Assembly (NCBI RefSeq): GCF_009914755.1
Contig: NC_060934.1
Strand: one strand, 5' to 3'
Length of the DNA: 64,000 nt
Source of the DNA: the human T2T-CHM13v2.0 reference genome, Homo sapiens
Part shown: positions 43,583-61,772 of the stretch, piece by piece
How the letters are laid out: each line of letters opens with the position of its first letter
Numbering within the stretch: position 1 is the stretch's first letter
Position numbers and translations under genes: made by a program
The notes under the pieces: model-generated
The model's database searches: none
The model's input: only the letters and a program-made list of their open reading frames with translations
What the model was told of the DNA's origin: nothing

Positions 43583-44075
43583 GCAATATGTTTGAAGGCT
43601 CGCTGTGTGCAGAGCACAGGAATTGTCTTGGTGGTTACAGAAATCTGAAGGGAACACACAGAGCATGGCACCACCTATAGAATGACTTCCCCATCTATTT
43701 TGGATGGGATAGTTCGAGTTGAGAGAAAAGGTTTGTTTGGTGCACACCAGTATAAAATACCACCAAACAGGGTGTTCTCAATCTGTGGAATACAATCCCT
43801 CCCTTCTCCACCACCCCATTTGCAAGAGTGACTTCATGCAGCAGTGATTCAGACTCTCTACTGGGTATGTGTAGGGTGACAAAATCCTCCCAGCAAGCTC
43901 TGTCACTAAGTCCCCCAGTCTGGTTGAAAATCACTATTACAGAGAAACTTTCTAAGCTTCCTTAGTAAAATCAGGACAAAAAGGTATTCCTTCCAATTAC
44001 AATGATGCTATTTTGAACATTAAAAGTGGAAGGTGTTATACAAACATAATAATGATGTTATATAAAATCATAGTT

Positions 44076-44400
44076 GGCTGGGCATGGTGGCTCACACCTG
44101 TAATCCCAGCAATTTGGGAGTCTGAGGCAGGAAGATCACTTGAGCCCGGAGTTTGAGACCAGCCTGGCAGCATGAGACCCTCTTCTCTACAAAAAATTTA
44201 AAAAATTAGCCAGCGTTGGTGGCACACATCTGTGGTCCCAGCTACTCAAGAGGCTGAGGTTGGAGGATCACTTGAACTTGGCCGCTCAAGGCTGCACAGA
44301 GACATGCAGTAAGACCCTATCTCAAAAAAAACAAAAGGAAAAGAAAGAAAAAAGAAAAGAAAAAAGAAAAGAGAAGAGAAGAAAAGAAAAGAAAAGAAAA
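44076..44400 (+). mobile_element. AluJ with expanded (GAAAA)n tail
   Basis: Dimer followed by ~75 bp of purine-rich tail. Confidence 0.9.
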
Positions 44401-45599
44401 GGCATAGCTTACATGTCTTGGAACTCACAGTATAGCCTGGGAGAAAGACAGGTAAATATATGTGGACATGACCCAAACGGAAAAGAGTATCTTCCACTAA
44501 CTCAGGGCTTACTCTCGCTAGGCATTCTACTCTGAACTCTGCATGTATTAGCTCATTTAATTGTCACAGTGTCCTCGTTAGATAGACACCACTATCAGTC
44601 TCACTTTATAAGTGCAGAAACTGAAATTAGAGAGGTCATATAACTTTGCCCATGGTCACACCGCAGAAGTGGGTGTCAAAGCTGGGGCTGAAATCAGCAG
44701 ACTGACTGCAGAGCCCATTCTCTAACCACTGTGGAGCCCTGCCTCCCCTTTGTTGATCATCAGGGTCATGAGAACAGTACATTTATTGACCCTGACAGTA
44801 ATTCACTTAAAGTGATTCTGGACATTTCAATTTTTTTTCAATATACCCACATGAATAGATAAGTTTCTGTAAATCTGAGCACACAGAACTCTTGCGGTGG
44901 GGGGTGCGAGCTGGCAGAATCCATTACTAAAAATGATTCCCTAGTTTTTGGACCTCCCTACTTTTGTAACATAATATTTTACTGTAGTGCCCTATGGTGA
45001 TAAACCTTGAGTATCTAAAGTTGTCTTAGGATTATTTTCTAGTTGTATAAATATTTTTATAATAAAGACATTTGGTATAAGCTTGATGGGTTCTTAACTA
45101 ATATATTAAGTAATTACAAAGATTCATTTTTTTACAAACTTTTAAGCTATTTTAATAAAATGGCTATAGACCTCACTATACTTCTATTTATCTGTGCATT
45201 AATAAAAACCTGTTAAAATTTCTTTAGTACTTCTGAAAAAGTCTAGTCAAATAAGATCACTAAAATTACCAGAAAAGCTTTGAAATACTGATTGCAGATT
45301 CATTTCAAAGTAGATTTAACACCTTTCAGGATCTGGTGTTTAAATCATGAATGTCTTCACCAACTTCAGCTCTGAAAATATAAAAATTTTAGCCAGTGCT
45401 GGCTATAGTTAAACAGTAGTGGTATTATTTGAAAAAATAAAAATAAAAAATATATTGTCAAAAAAAAAAAGACATTTAGTCTGGAAAAAAGCACATTCAT
45501 CCTCCCCAAGCATTCTCTGTAGCATCCTTTTATCCCTTTCTTCCCCAAGGCCTTTTCTCATTAATCAACTTTTTTAAGCATCCGTGCAACTCTCTTAGC

Positions 45600-47280
45600 A
45601 GATTTTTTTGTGTGTTTAATGTATGTCAGACTCTCTTTTAGGCATTGAGGGTACAGTGACAAACAAAACAAATGAACACTGCTTTTCTTATAAAATTGTC
45701 TGGATACAAACAATTTTGAAATGTCAAATATTATACTATTCCAGAGGGTGAAAACCTATGGGGGGGAAAAAAAAACTAGTGGTTGAATTTGGGGTATATT
45801 TTAAAGGCAGATCTGCTGACTAATTGAGTATGAGGTGTGAGCACAGATTTCTGACCTGTAACTGGAAGAAGTTCTTCATTTACTGAGACAGGCAAGACTA
45901 TGGGAAGAGCAGGTTGGGCATGAAGATCGTGAGCTTGGTTTGAGGCTTGTTATCATTGAGATGCCCATTTGACATCTATCTTTGGATATCCCCACAAGCA
46001 GACCTTGAGACACACATTTGAGTGCAAGTAATCTACCCGGGAGATGATCCCAGGAAACATCACAGGGAATTGAAGTGAGATGGGTAAGAAACGGACTCCA
46101 GTAAAGGGTGTATTAACAAGCCAGTTGATACCATAGGCAACTGGAACTCAATCTCTCTGGGGAACTCTGAGAAACAGAAGATACCTCAAAACAAATGTCT
46201 GTGCAGGAGCATAGAAGTCCCTGAGAAGTGAACGAGCTGGAGCATTCATCCTTTAGCTCCCATCAGTCACTGGTTGACAGCAGCTTATGGAGGGAGTTAA
46301 CTCAGCCTCATACACAGGCCAAGTAGGCTGACTAGGCTCTAGTGCTAGAGAAAGCCTTCTGGCTAAGTTATAAATATTTACAACTGGAAGTCAGGCCAAA
46401 ATGCATGGGAATTGTGCATTCCAAAGCAATATGGATGTTACAGCAGCATTGTTTATCCCGACATGTGGGTGGTGATTTTCAGTAGGCTATTAGAGATACA
46501 CACACACACACCTCTAGAGTTTAGGGTTTAGGGGAGATGTCTCCAATGGAAATATAAATTTGGTAGTTATCAATATATTGCCAGGTTTTTTAAGCCATGA
46601 GAGTGGATGATATGACCAAGGGAAAACGAAAAATGGACAAGGGATATCACCTAATGACTGAGCTCATGGTTACGCCAGCATTCAGAAGTTGGAGAGATGA
46701 AAAAAGATCAGACTGAGAAAATGTAGCTAGCAAGGTAGGAAGACAAGCAGGAAAGAGGTGTCCTAGAAGTGAAGTGAAGAACATGTTTCAAAGAGGGGGA
46801 GGTGGTCAAATGTGCCAGATGCTCCTGCCAGGGCAAGTCAGACCAGAGCTGAGAACTGATTGAAGCATTTTGTGGTAGAGAGGCCACCTGTGTTCCTGCA
46901 AAAGCAGCATGGATGATGTAGTAAGGGATAATGTCGTTTAGAGAGGGTTCGTGAGGGACCCAGAGAAGAGGCTTGGAAGCAATGAATGTGAGCAACTCAA
47001 ACATCTGACTATAAAGAGGGACACAGAAAAAGAGGTAGTAACTAGAAGAAGACAGGGGACAAGCATGTGAGATACTAATGGGAACCACCCACTACAGAGA
47101 GAAATATGAAAGCAGAAAGAGAAGGGAGAAATGCTGGAGTGATGTCCTAGAGTTGGCAAGAATAGATGAATCTCATGTACATGTCGAGAATATGTCCTTA
47201 GACATGGACAGTTGGTGCCAGGACAGAAGACAAAGTGCAAGTGGAAGGTGAATATGTGTGGCAGCAGGGACTTATTAGTA
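45600..47280 (-). mobile_element. L2 fragments interrupted by an LTR33-like element (~45980-46445)
   Basis: L2-like tttaagccatgagagtggatga...; LTR33-like aagcagaccttgagac...tttgagtgcaagta...gatcccaggaa. Confidence 0.65.
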
Positions 47281-48619
47281 CCATCATTAGCTGAGTGCTC
47301 ATCTGGATCTCCAGTTTAAGATTTTACTTAGAGTGACCTAGGGAGTCTGCTCCTGCCAAGAAGAAATATTTTCTCTCTGATTACAATATTGCTCAAATTA
47401 TCTCATTTCATGTTTCTGTTTCTCAGTGACAGTGTCCCTTTATTGGGCTCTCATTAATTCCCTGAACTTTCAACCTGGAAGGAGCCTAAGTGAAGGCTGT
47501 TCTCAGTCTCCCTATCTCACAGAATCCATGCAATCCCTCTAGAACATTTGTGGTAAATGGCCAGTCAGCTGCAGTTTGAAATCTTTCAGGAATGAGAAGC
47601 CCAGAGACCCGTAAGTCTCCTAATTTTTTTTCTTTTTTTGGAGCGCTCTCCCTTTGCCTGCCTAGACCATAAAATCTTTTCCTACTCTCACAATTCTAGA
47701 ATATTCTCCATGCCACTCAGCGATTCACCAACCAAGATTATCTATTAAAAATATAAGGTCATTGAGCAGTAAAGTTGTGTTTATTGTGGCCACTGCTATA
47801 TCCCTAGTGCCTAGAATAGCATATAGTAGTTGTTTAATAAATATTTGGTGAATACTGAAATGAGGTACTCCCAGCAGCCTCTAGATTGAGGTGGATATTC
47901 TTGCTGTTAAACAAACAGCTCATATTCATATCCTAGGCTGCTCCCTAAAATTATTTGATTTCCTTAGGGTTTAACTCTTAGCCCGTCACTACCCATAATG
48001 TACTCTGCTTACCCTGGTTAGATGGTGAACACTTGAACCAAGCTAGGCTAATCAGACATTTCTTCTCTGATATTTGAATCTTAATGACAGCAACAATGAA
48101 TCTGAGTATTGTTCAGCTTCAGCTGTACCAGTGGAACTGCCCAGACAAGACCATCTGAGATAAGGTTACTGTTATTCCTATTTCCTTGGTCTCTGGACCT
48201 GTCCTGCTTCTTGCTCCCATCATAGAGGCACTGAATACTTCCCTATACATGGTTTTCACCTCTTTCTGTGCCTGTGAGAAGATTACATCTCTCTGCAGTT
48301 AGCAGGAGACAAATGTCCACTTTTGGCCAATGGGTGGTAGGTGGAAATTATACATGTCCTTTCTCAGCTGGAACACTTAACTGCCAGCCTGAGACCACCC
48401 CCCTGCCCCTCCACCACCAACCCAGGGCTTTCTTTCCTAGCTGCAATGACCATAAAATTGTAAGATGGTTTGGATCAAACTATGAGGAGTGGATTTTCAT
48501 GCTCCCCATTCCTGACACCTAAAATGAGCAACACACTTTTACCGATTCTCTGTTTTCCAACCCTGGGTCTCCTGCTCCCCTTAGACACAAGCTCCTGGTA
48601 TCTTTCAGAAAATTATCCT

Positions 48620-49268
48620 TTGTGAATGCTTATACACTGTTGGTGGGAGTGAAAATTAGTTCAACTATTGTGGAAGACAGTGTGGCAATTCCTCAAAGAC
48701 CTAAAGCAGAAACATCATTTGACCCAGCAATCCCATTACTGGGTATATACCCAAAGGAGTATAAATCATCCTTTTATAAAGACACATGCACACATCCGTT
48801 CTTTGCAGCACCAGTCACAATAACAAAGACATGGAATCAACCTAAATGCCCATCAATGATAGACCGAATAAAGAAAATGTGGTACATATACACCATGGAA
48901 TACTATGCAGCCATAAAAAGAACAAGATCATGCCCTTTGCAGCTCACGGGTGGAGCTGGAGGCCATTATCCTTAGCAAACTAACACGGGAACAGAAAACC
49001 AAATACTGCATGTTCTCACTTACAAGTGGGAGCTAAATAAAGAGAACACATAGGCACAGAGAGGGGAACAACAGACACTGGGGCCTTTTGGAGGGTGGAG
49101 GGTGGGAGGAGGGAGAGGATCTGCAAAAACCACCAATGGGTACTAGGTTTAATACCTGGGTGATGAAATAATCTGTATAACAAACCCCCATGACACAAGT
49201 TTACCTATATAACACACCTGCACGTGTATTTCTGAACTTAAAAGTTAAAAAAATAATAATAAAAATAA
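48620..49268 (+). mobile_element. L1PA (older) 3' end
   Basis: ORF2 tail [14 protein letters not shown]...WNQPKCPSM, then 3' UTR and A tail. Confidence 0.9.
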
Positions 49269-49703
49269 ATTACCTTTTGCTTAAGAAAGCCAAAGCTGGT
49301 ATCAGTTTTGACACAAGCCTCCATGTGTCATTTGACTCAAGATCAAGGGGGAAGTTCTGATGATTGCCTCTAACAATTTTCAGTGAGAGCCCGTACCTTA
49401 CTTTTACCTCCAAATCTTTCTCTATCCTGATGTGAGTATCTATCATTGCTTTTTTTTCATACCACGTCTAAATATTTGAACTTGAAAAAGTATTTTTCAT
49501 CTCTGGGTTCTAACGCTTCCTCTCCCTCCTTTCAGTCATAGTCTCCCTGGAAGACTCTCTGACCATCGCTGCCACCTGTTCTCTAAATGATCAGCCAAAT
49601 CTCACAACCCCTCTCAGGGACCCTCCTACTGACACTCAGTGATTTAAATGAATAGGTGGATGTGGATTCCCTGTCTTCTCTCCTTATTAAAAAGTGAGCT
49701 CCC

Positions 49704-50163
<460 letters not shown>

Positions 50164-51472
50164 TCACTTCTATGCCTATTCTTTCGTAGGTTCTTGGGCT
50201 ACTGATATTCAGGGTGCACATGGATTTAGCAAATAAATACTTATGGAGATTGACTGTCCTCTCTCTTTTGAGATAGGAAGGGGACAAGACACATTTTCTC
50301 TTAGGTTAAGATAGCAAGCTGTTTTTTGTTTTTTCTTTCTAAGTGGACAGATACAATACATATTAATATGTAAATTTAGAACAGTGGGATGGTTGGTAAA
50401 TACTGCCTATACAAAAACTTACTTTTGCACTGACTCCCACATTCTACTAATCTTTTCCTCTCCTTATACCGCAGTAAAACTGTCTTCTAGATCTGGAGTC
50501 CCTCCCTGTCCTCTTAAATGGTCCAGAAAAGAATAAGGGTGAGGATATGGGAGAGTGCTATGGGATTTCTTGGAAGTAAAAGAGAGGCTCAAAGGCTGTG
50601 TCACTTTAACTAGTAGACGTTCCTCACTCTTCCATGCCTTCTTTCTTCTGTTTGATATCTTTTTAGCATCATAGGATAAAACCTAAAAGATGCCCTTGAC
50701 TCTACAGCTCCGCAGCCTGGCTGATCATCAGAATTAACAGGTCAGATTTAAAAAATGCCAGTTCTCTAGGGCCACTCATTGGACTTTCTGCTTTAGTAGG
50801 CCTAGTAAACTGTATTGTTAAAGCACTCTTCAGGCAACTGGAGTCTCATCCAGGTTCGCATACTACTGTTTCAGAGTCAAAATGATTTATTTTTAGAAAG
50901 GTGTGTGTGTGTAAATGGAAGTTTGGTAAGTTTGGCTGTATTTTACATACTCTTGGGTTGACATCAATTAAATAAACTCTTTAGTGAACATATTCTTAAA
51001 AAAAAAGAATCCCTTCTAAAAGGTATCCAGTGGTTTTCAAATTTGTCTGTTTTGTCTATTCAAACGTAGGCTTGATTCACTTAAACTAGATATTTCCAAG
51101 ATAGGGAACTCAAGTCGATGCAGTGGTGACTTTTCTGAGAGACAACAATTGAAACAATGGAAGCAAATACAACAAGAAATAGAAGTCTAAGTGACATTTT
51201 TAATACCTTCAATCTCTCTTATTGAATTATGTAGGCTTATGAAATCAGTTATAAGATGGTGGCAGTTTTAGATGGTCAAAGACAGAGTTAAAAGTGTTAT
51301 TGCTAAAGAAATAACATTAAATTTGGACAAATATTTACCATTAAATATTCATTGCATCTTTATTTATACTTAGGAGCAATTGTAAGCAATGCTCAATAAT
51401 AGAGAAGTGATTAAATAAAAGGATTATATCTCTATGGTGGAATGTACTGCAGGCATTAAATCAATGTTTATG

Positions 51473-54235
<2,763 letters not shown>

Positions 54236-54984
54236 AAATCAATGTTTATGAAATATTAAATGATCTGATAAAAATGCCTAGGCTGTAATGCTAAGTAAAA
54301 TAAACAAGATCTGGAATTATTTTTATAAATATGTATCTACATGTGTTATACACCAAAATTAAACAGAAGATTGGAAAAAAAACAAAACAAAATGAAACAG
54401 TGTTTTTCTCTGGTTGACGAGTTAACAGACGACTTACTTTAAAAAATTTCGACAATGGGATTGATTAAATTTTTTAAAAGTTAAGATCTCAATAATTTGG
54501 AGGAAACCCCCCTGTGAAGTTAAAACAGCCTAATTAAAAAAAAAAAAAAAACAAAAAGACTCTCATTGCAGCGAACTTGCAGGTCATTCTTCAAGCTTGC
54601 TTGAGGCCTAGAATCTCCTTCCTGCCCATCCTTCTTTCAAGGCAAATCCAAACAGGTCAGTCTTTTTGACAAACACACTGTCCTTGAGTTAAAATTTGCT
54701 AATCAATAAAACAAATTAATTTTCTCCAGGAGATTTAAAAAATAGTTTATATTTTAAACTAACACCTATTAATTTATTGCAAGAAGCAACCAATTAGAAC
54801 TGAAGACCTGACTTCATTCAGAAATGAATATTAAATATTAAATTACCTTTGCAGAGAAACCATTTTAAAGATAAAATCAGAAAGAAATTGATTCTTTTCT
54901 CCCTTTAATTAGGTAACATCTTTTTTTCTTTTTTTTTTAAACTACAGACCTAGTCTCTGAGTAATTCATTTGAACAACTCATAA

Positions 54985-55130
54985 CATCAGGAAATTTATC
55001 CATATGGCTAACTCAATTTCTTTTTGTCGCGGTTTAAGCCCATTTTCTATTGTGCTAACCTCAGCAAAAAAGGACATCAGCTAGTTACCATTCTCCTCAT
55101 GATTAAAACTAATTAAGGCATCCTTCCATC
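54985..55130 (-). mobile_element. L3/CR1 relic
   Basis: ggtttaagcccattttctattgtgctaacctcagc...cagctagttaccattctcc resembles the L3 consensus. Confidence 0.5.
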
Positions 55131-56115
55131 TCTGTCATTAGAAGCACATGCAAATGGGCATGTTTCCTTAATTTCTGATTCTAAATTGAGAAAAGTATAA
55201 AGAAGCAATTCTGGGCTTTATTCAGAACGACTAGCAATTTCCTGGTGAAGACATATGTAGCTTAATTATACGCATAATATTTAATACAATGTGTCGAGAA
55301 AATAGGACACAATTTCTTTTTAGAAGCTCACCTCATATCAAGTACATATTCTAATGCAAAGTATGAATTTCACAAAGGGCTGAGTATGTAGGTGTTGGTG
55401 CCACTGTTCTGATGTTAGCACCCAGCACTTATTTTTCTAACTTTTAGAAAAATGTTTACTAATTTCTGCCAGTTGCACCCCTTTGTAGTCACCTCCCAGT
55501 TGGCCCAGTGAGAGGGACACATGGAGGGGGACAGAAGGGAATGGCAAGGCTGCTGTAAAGTGACAACTGTCAGTATTGCCACATTTGTTTGGCAGCAGCT
55601 ACTGAGGAGGAAGAAAAGGAACACAACAGATATTTGGGAAAGGCCAAAAATAAATATATAAATAAGAGCACCCTATTCTAATTTCTAAACAGTATTAAAT
55701 GAAGGCATCAGTATATTTTGATGGCTCTGTTCCGCCTCTGAAATTGCTGCTATGTGGTTTAATTTTGACCATTCCAAGAATCGATGCTTTAAGATAGTAT
55801 CAGATAAATCACTGAACCGTAAAAAGTGGTTACAAGACAAAAATAATGGATCTGTTGGGAGGATTAATAGAAATAAGAATAAACCACACCATTCCAGTAT
55901 TCTAACATTAAGCAAATTTTAGGCTAATTAGCAGGGTCTATTTAAAGTGTGTGTACACATATATACCCTTTTCAGGCATTGAAGTATAAAAACATACAAT
56001 TTTATAGGTTATTTAAAGTCTCTTTAATCTTTTTATTTTGATAAAGAACTATAAAATGGGACATATGGATATACATCTAAAGTCTCCAAATTTCCATAGT
56101 GTGTTTTTTGAGCAT

Positions 56116-56805
56116 CTTTTTAGTATTATTATACTTTAAGTTCTGAGATACATGTGCAGAATGTGCAGGTTGTTACATAGGTATACACGTGTCATGGTGG
56201 TTTGCTGCACCCATCAACCCGTCATCTACATTAGGTATTTCTCCTAATGCTCTCCCTCCCCTAGACCCCAACCCCCCGACAGGCCCCAGTGTGTGATGCT
56301 CCCCTCCCTGTGCCCATGTGTTCTCATAATTCAACTCCCACTTATGAGTGAGAACATGCTGTGTTTGTTTTTCTGTTCCTGTGTTAGTTTGCTGAGGATG
56401 ATGGTTTCCAGCTTCATCTATGTCCCTGCAAAGGACATGAACTCATTCTTTTTTACGCCTGTGTAGTTTTCCAGGGTGTATATGTGGCATATTTTGTTTA
56501 ACCAGTCTAACATTGATGGGCATTTGGGTTGGTTCCAAGTCTTTGTTATTGTGAATAGTGCTGCAATAAACATATGTGTGCATGTGCCTTTACAGAATGA
56601 TTTATAGTCCTTTGGGTATACACCCAGTAATGGGATTGCTGGGTCAAATGGTATTTCTAGTTCTAGATCCTTGAGGAATTGCCACACTGTCTTCCACAAT
56701 GGTTGAACTAATTTACACTCCCACCAACAGTGTAAAAGTGTTCCTATTTCTCCACATCCTCTCCAGCATCTGTTGTTTCCTGACTTTTTAATGATCGCCA
56801 TTCTC
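56116..56805 (-). mobile_element. L1PA7/8-like 3' end
   Basis: ORF2 tail [20 protein letters not shown]... and 3' UTR; TSD-like catagtgt..ttttt. Confidence 0.93.
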
Positions 56806-59528
56806 ATAGTGTTTTTAAAGAAAATTTTCTTTTCTACAGATGAACCCAATGAAAACACATATTATCCTGTTATTCTGAACCTGGGATACTATTTAGTTCT
56901 AATTATATTTTTTTCTTTACTTCCATCAGTTGTCCACTAATGATGTATACATGTATTGGTTAGTTGTGTTTCATTTCCTACCTATGTGCTCACAGGAATT
57001 TCGGCAGAGAGCAGAAATTAACACTACACTAAAAAAGGTTAAAAATCCCAGGTGATGGCAATTGGGTAATCTCTATTAGTCTGTTACATAGACTCTTCCA
57101 CAATGTCTGCAGTCTTGAATATGTTGGTTACTAATTATCTTATACTTTTTCCCCTAATAAAGATTTTTACCAACACTTAATACAATGAATATGGGCTTCA
57201 CATGTTTATTTTGACCACATAAAATAATCTTTGTAATTTATTTAATTTGAAACTGTACTTCAATGACAAATGTTTCCCCTGATAAAAGTGATCTATATTA
57301 ATAGCACCCAAAAGCCACCACACCACAATCCTCCCTTCCCCCCGCACCTCATAAAATATTTACTACCGTGGTTAAAATTTGCACTCTTAGCAAGCCAGCA
57401 TCACTGTGCTTTATTACATATCTGCCAGTTAGAGAGGTTCAAGTCTATCTAGGTGCAGAGGAGCAGAGCTGGAAGACCCAGATGAGTTTCCTGGGCTAAT
57501 TTTCTGATTGATCCCAAGTTGCTGGGCCAGGGTCTCTCCCCTTGACTCCAGGAGGTTTAAGGGAAAGCAGTGGCCTTGCATAACTTCGCAGCAAGTTTTC
57601 TAATGTAAGATGATGGATTTCTGAAGTCTTTTATGATGCAGTAAAATTTTTCTTAGCTAAAAAAATGGGAAATGTTTTATCCTAAAATTGAGAACAAGAG
57701 CCCAGTACAGTCCCCTTCTAGTGATAAATTTATTATAACTTAGCATCTTATGGGCATAAAAATAATAATCTAAACTTGAGTTTTTTATTATTAAACTGGA
57801 CTCCATGGGACAAATTCAGGAGATTCATGAACCTCAAACAATTATGTGCCTACTGGGTGTTAACGTATATCTGGAGTGGAAGGTGGAGTCTATCACTTTC
57901 ATCAGGTTTTAAGAGGTTTGAAACACTGTACTGGCTTTATACGGCCTTATATTTATAGTCCCACTATTAGGCTAGTTTCAAGGAGACACTTGACACTGGG
58001 GCTAGGTCCTCTATTTCAACTTACACCATGTTGAGAAAATGGATTTTAAGAAAAATGTGCATGCGTGTGTATGTCTGGGGGTTAAGGAAATAGAAAAAAT
58101 GATTACAATCCACGGTATGCAATGCTTCCCAAGTTTGCAGTAGAGACTCCTGGATGCTCAAGAACAAGAATGAGGTTGTGGCTAGTAAGGGAAGCGAGGG
58201 TTACTAATAAGAATCTTAAAGACAAGCTCTACTTCACATTCAATCTCCAAGCAGCTAGAAAAAAAGTTTTTGTTTTCTCAAAGGAATAAAGCTACTGTGG
58301 GACATTAAAAAAAAAACTGTAAACACATGATCTCTGCATAGTAGAGGGAATTTTTTTCTGGTAGGCTTTAACCAGGAGGTTGTTCTTTTCTAGACCATCT
58401 ATAAAATTTTCTCTTCTGCAAATGAGAAGTCAGGCCTGGACCATTCCTGCTGTTTGGCAGGGTGAATGTGGCAGGTTGGCCCACCTAAATTGCAGCCTTT
58501 ACAAACAGCTGCAGAATAGCAAACCAGGGCAAGACATCAAACTATATAAACACAGGCAATGAAGGCAATTTTGGAACTTAGGATTTTGAGCAACTACAGA
58601 TGGAGTGATCAGAATTTTAATGAGCTCATCGGTCTTGACTTAAAAACTAACCTTAAAAATGGGCAGGTATGGCAGGACATCATCCATATCATCATTTATT
58701 ATTGTTTCTTGAGGTAATAGTATAATTGATTTGTAAATTTTTAATTCATCTAATCCTGTAACAACCCTACCTAGCAGATTCTATTATTATGCCCAATTTA
58801 CCAATGAGGCAAACAAAGCATAGAGAGGTGGAGACACTTGTCCAAAATTACACAGCTACCTCTAGGTGGCAGAGATGGAAAGCCAGCCAGGCTTAGATAC
58901 AGAAGCCAATAGACGAGAATTTTAAGGAGCAATAACCGTAAGTGCCCACTATAATTCAGAAGCCCAGTAAGAAAAAGACCAGAAAATATTCTTCGGATGC
59001 GGAAGTTTGATGATCACTGGTGCATTATTGAGAGGATTTTTAACATAGTTTGGCGGCGGGGGGAAGCTGGTGCCAAGGAGCAGGCAAAAGTCACATTGGG
59101 GCAGGTTGGGGAGTCGAGGCCAAACTAGAGTACTCTTGCAAAAGGTGAGGTTAAAAGGGGAGAAGCAGGCATTGGAGGTCCTGGGGGCAACTAAGGCTTA
59201 ATTAGGCTGGGAGAGAGTTGAGCATATTTGCAGGAGAATGTGAAAACTCTTGAGAAGGAGAAAAGTTTAAAATGTAAGAGTGAGAGGGAAGAGATGAAAA
59301 CCCAGATTTCACTTTCTCATAACGTACCCCTCAATTCAGTAAATCATAGCAACTGATAGCTCACAATACAGAATGTAAACTGTAAGCCCTGGATGCTCTT
59401 CTCCCAGTGCATTTTTCCTGCAGGAATGCATTTCTTTTTGCTAGGACACAAACACATATACACACAGAAAAGCACAATGCCAAAATGGTCATAGTAGTTG
59501 CATATTTCGGGTATGGTGGAATCTGGAG

Positions 59529-59562
<34 letters not shown>
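59529..59562. repeat. (TATC)~8 tetranucleotide STR
   Basis: Directly visible. Confidence 0.9.
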
Positions 59563-61267
59563 TTACATATTTAGCTAGCTGGCTTATCTATATTTTCTAA
59601 AATGAATGTGCATTTTAAGAAAAAGCTATCAGTGGTTTACTAAAAAAAGAAGTTAAATGTGCATTTTACGTAAGACAACTGTAAATGAATAGCCAGCATA
59701 TCTACTGATGCCAGATGATGCTTTTAACTAGCTCAGACCCCTTTGAAGATTGAGAGCACCTTCACAGAACAAAGTGTATATTCAGTAAGAAAAGTACCCA
59801 ATGTTTAGACAAAGAGAAGGACTCGTCCCTCGGACCATTTTGTGTGCATCTACATTCTCTTTGCGGTCCAGCAGATGAGGATGGCACCTGAATGATGAAC
59901 TGACCCCTGAACCTGCTGGCCTGGCCTCTTGGTTTTCAGGCTGCAGAAAGGAATTGCTGCTCAGTGGCTTGTCATCAAGAAAAAGGCTTTAAAAAAAAAA
60001 AACAAACAGTGGAAGATAAAGAATTTCTGTTGCCAAGACCAAATTATGCAGTGGGGCTCTCTGGGAAGACAGTTGGGCAGTGTGGGGACACTAACAGATG
60101 GTTTAATTATGAGTTGGACTTCGCTTTGGTTATGAAACAATAAGATAACAATGAACTTTAAAGTCCTTAAGTCCAGATGATCAAGTAAAATAGAAAATAC
60201 TAGTTCCCCAGCCCCATGATTTTATCCTCTCCTCTTCCACTGCTCAAGGTAGTTCCATGTCTTCCATGTAGTTTTTTCTTTGCTGCCCCCATCTTGCTCC
60301 ATTCTGTTTTCTGAATTCTCCATTCTTGCCAAGCCCTATAATCTAAGTTCTGATCCTTATACATGACCCTCTCTGTTTTCCTCCAAACATCACATTTTCC
60401 CACCATTTCTCCTTTCTCTTTTCAATCCCAGACTCCTACTTTCAATCATAGCATTTTCTCTTATCAGGCTCCGACTGAATACTTTCCCTATTAAATTCCA
60501 TGTCTCCTCTTTGACCCCACAATCTCTTGAGCTTTCCCCTAGTTTGTCTTCTTAGTATGTTTCCCCTTCACTCTCAGTGACGTCTCTTTTATCTCATAAT
60601 TGGCAAGCATGCAGCTTGCCCCAAACCAGAAGTGCCTGATTCAATTCCACAGCTATCCATTAAGCCCCCTAATATATGTTAGGTAGGTGCTAAGGCATAC
60701 CACAAATGAATAAAGCAAGATATTCCCTGACTTCACAGTTTTATAAACATAGGTTAACAAGTAATTCTTATTACTCACACATTCTGGTGAGTGCTATAGT
60801 AGAAAAATATATTATTGGAGTACCATATTAGGAAAAAGCATTTTGTATATGACTGGCCAGTGAAGAAGCATTGAATTTATCCCATTATCTGATTTTATAT
60901 TTGATTTTCCATATGACATTTCATTTGGCTCCACTTTTTAACCTCAGTCCCACTGTTTACAAATGCTTGAATTGCTGTTGTGAACTATGAGGAAGAAGCT
61001 GGATGCCTGACCTCTCTCACCTGTACTGAGAAAGATGTACCTGTGTTCCTGTTACTCTCTCCATCTCTGATTTCTTCCCGAGTCTTGGCTCCCACTTCTC
61101 TGCACTCTGAGGTTCAGTATAGTGTGAAACAGAGTACTGATTGACTTAAAGTACAAACAGTTAACTAGTATAAAGATTGGGCAATAGGCTAGAATAAACC
61201 TTCCCCCATCCAGCAGGCATAGAAAGCAGTACTCAGGTTAATTCAATACTTTAGCCAGTACTTAGAC

Positions 61268-61438
61268 CATTTGCATCAGAATTACCTGGAGGACTTGTTT
61301 AAAACACAGATTACTGGGCCCCACACCTCAGAGGTTCTGATTCAATACACCTGGATTGGAGCTCAAGAATGTGCATTTATAACAAGTTCCCAGGTGATGC
61401 TGATGCTGCTGGCCTAGGAGCCACACTTACAAAATTGA
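61268..61438 (+). mobile_element. MER5A with a deleted 5' TIR
   Basis: gcatcagaattacctggagg..cttgtttaaaacacagatt..ctgggcccc...aacaagttcccaggtgatgctgatgctgctgg. Confidence 0.85.
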
Positions 61439-61772
61439 TATTGTAAGAGAAATGGGCTATAAGCAGACATTTCTCAAATTCAGTAGAATGCAGAAGGTCA
61501 ACAGCATCAGGACACGTGCATGGTATGTCAACATGTATTGGGCAATGGAAATTCAAGGATGTGTATGACGTTGTGTCCCCCCAGCCCTTGTGGGAACTAT
61601 TGCCACCCCAATTCATCATCTCCCATGGTGATTTATAAGGTAGAGGAGACTGGGCTGAAAGTTCCCCCCTTTGATAAAACTGTGATACTGCTTTTCTAAA
61701 TAAATCCCTAATTCAGGCTTGCCCTTTAAACACTTCCTAGAATCTTTTCCCCCATAGCGGGAGTTTAATCCC

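Noticed and set aside
54840-54870. Minus-strand ATGGTTTCTCTGCAAAG|gtaatt as another mini first exon
   Set aside because: Phase 2, incompatible with the phase-0 common exon; no promoter evidence.
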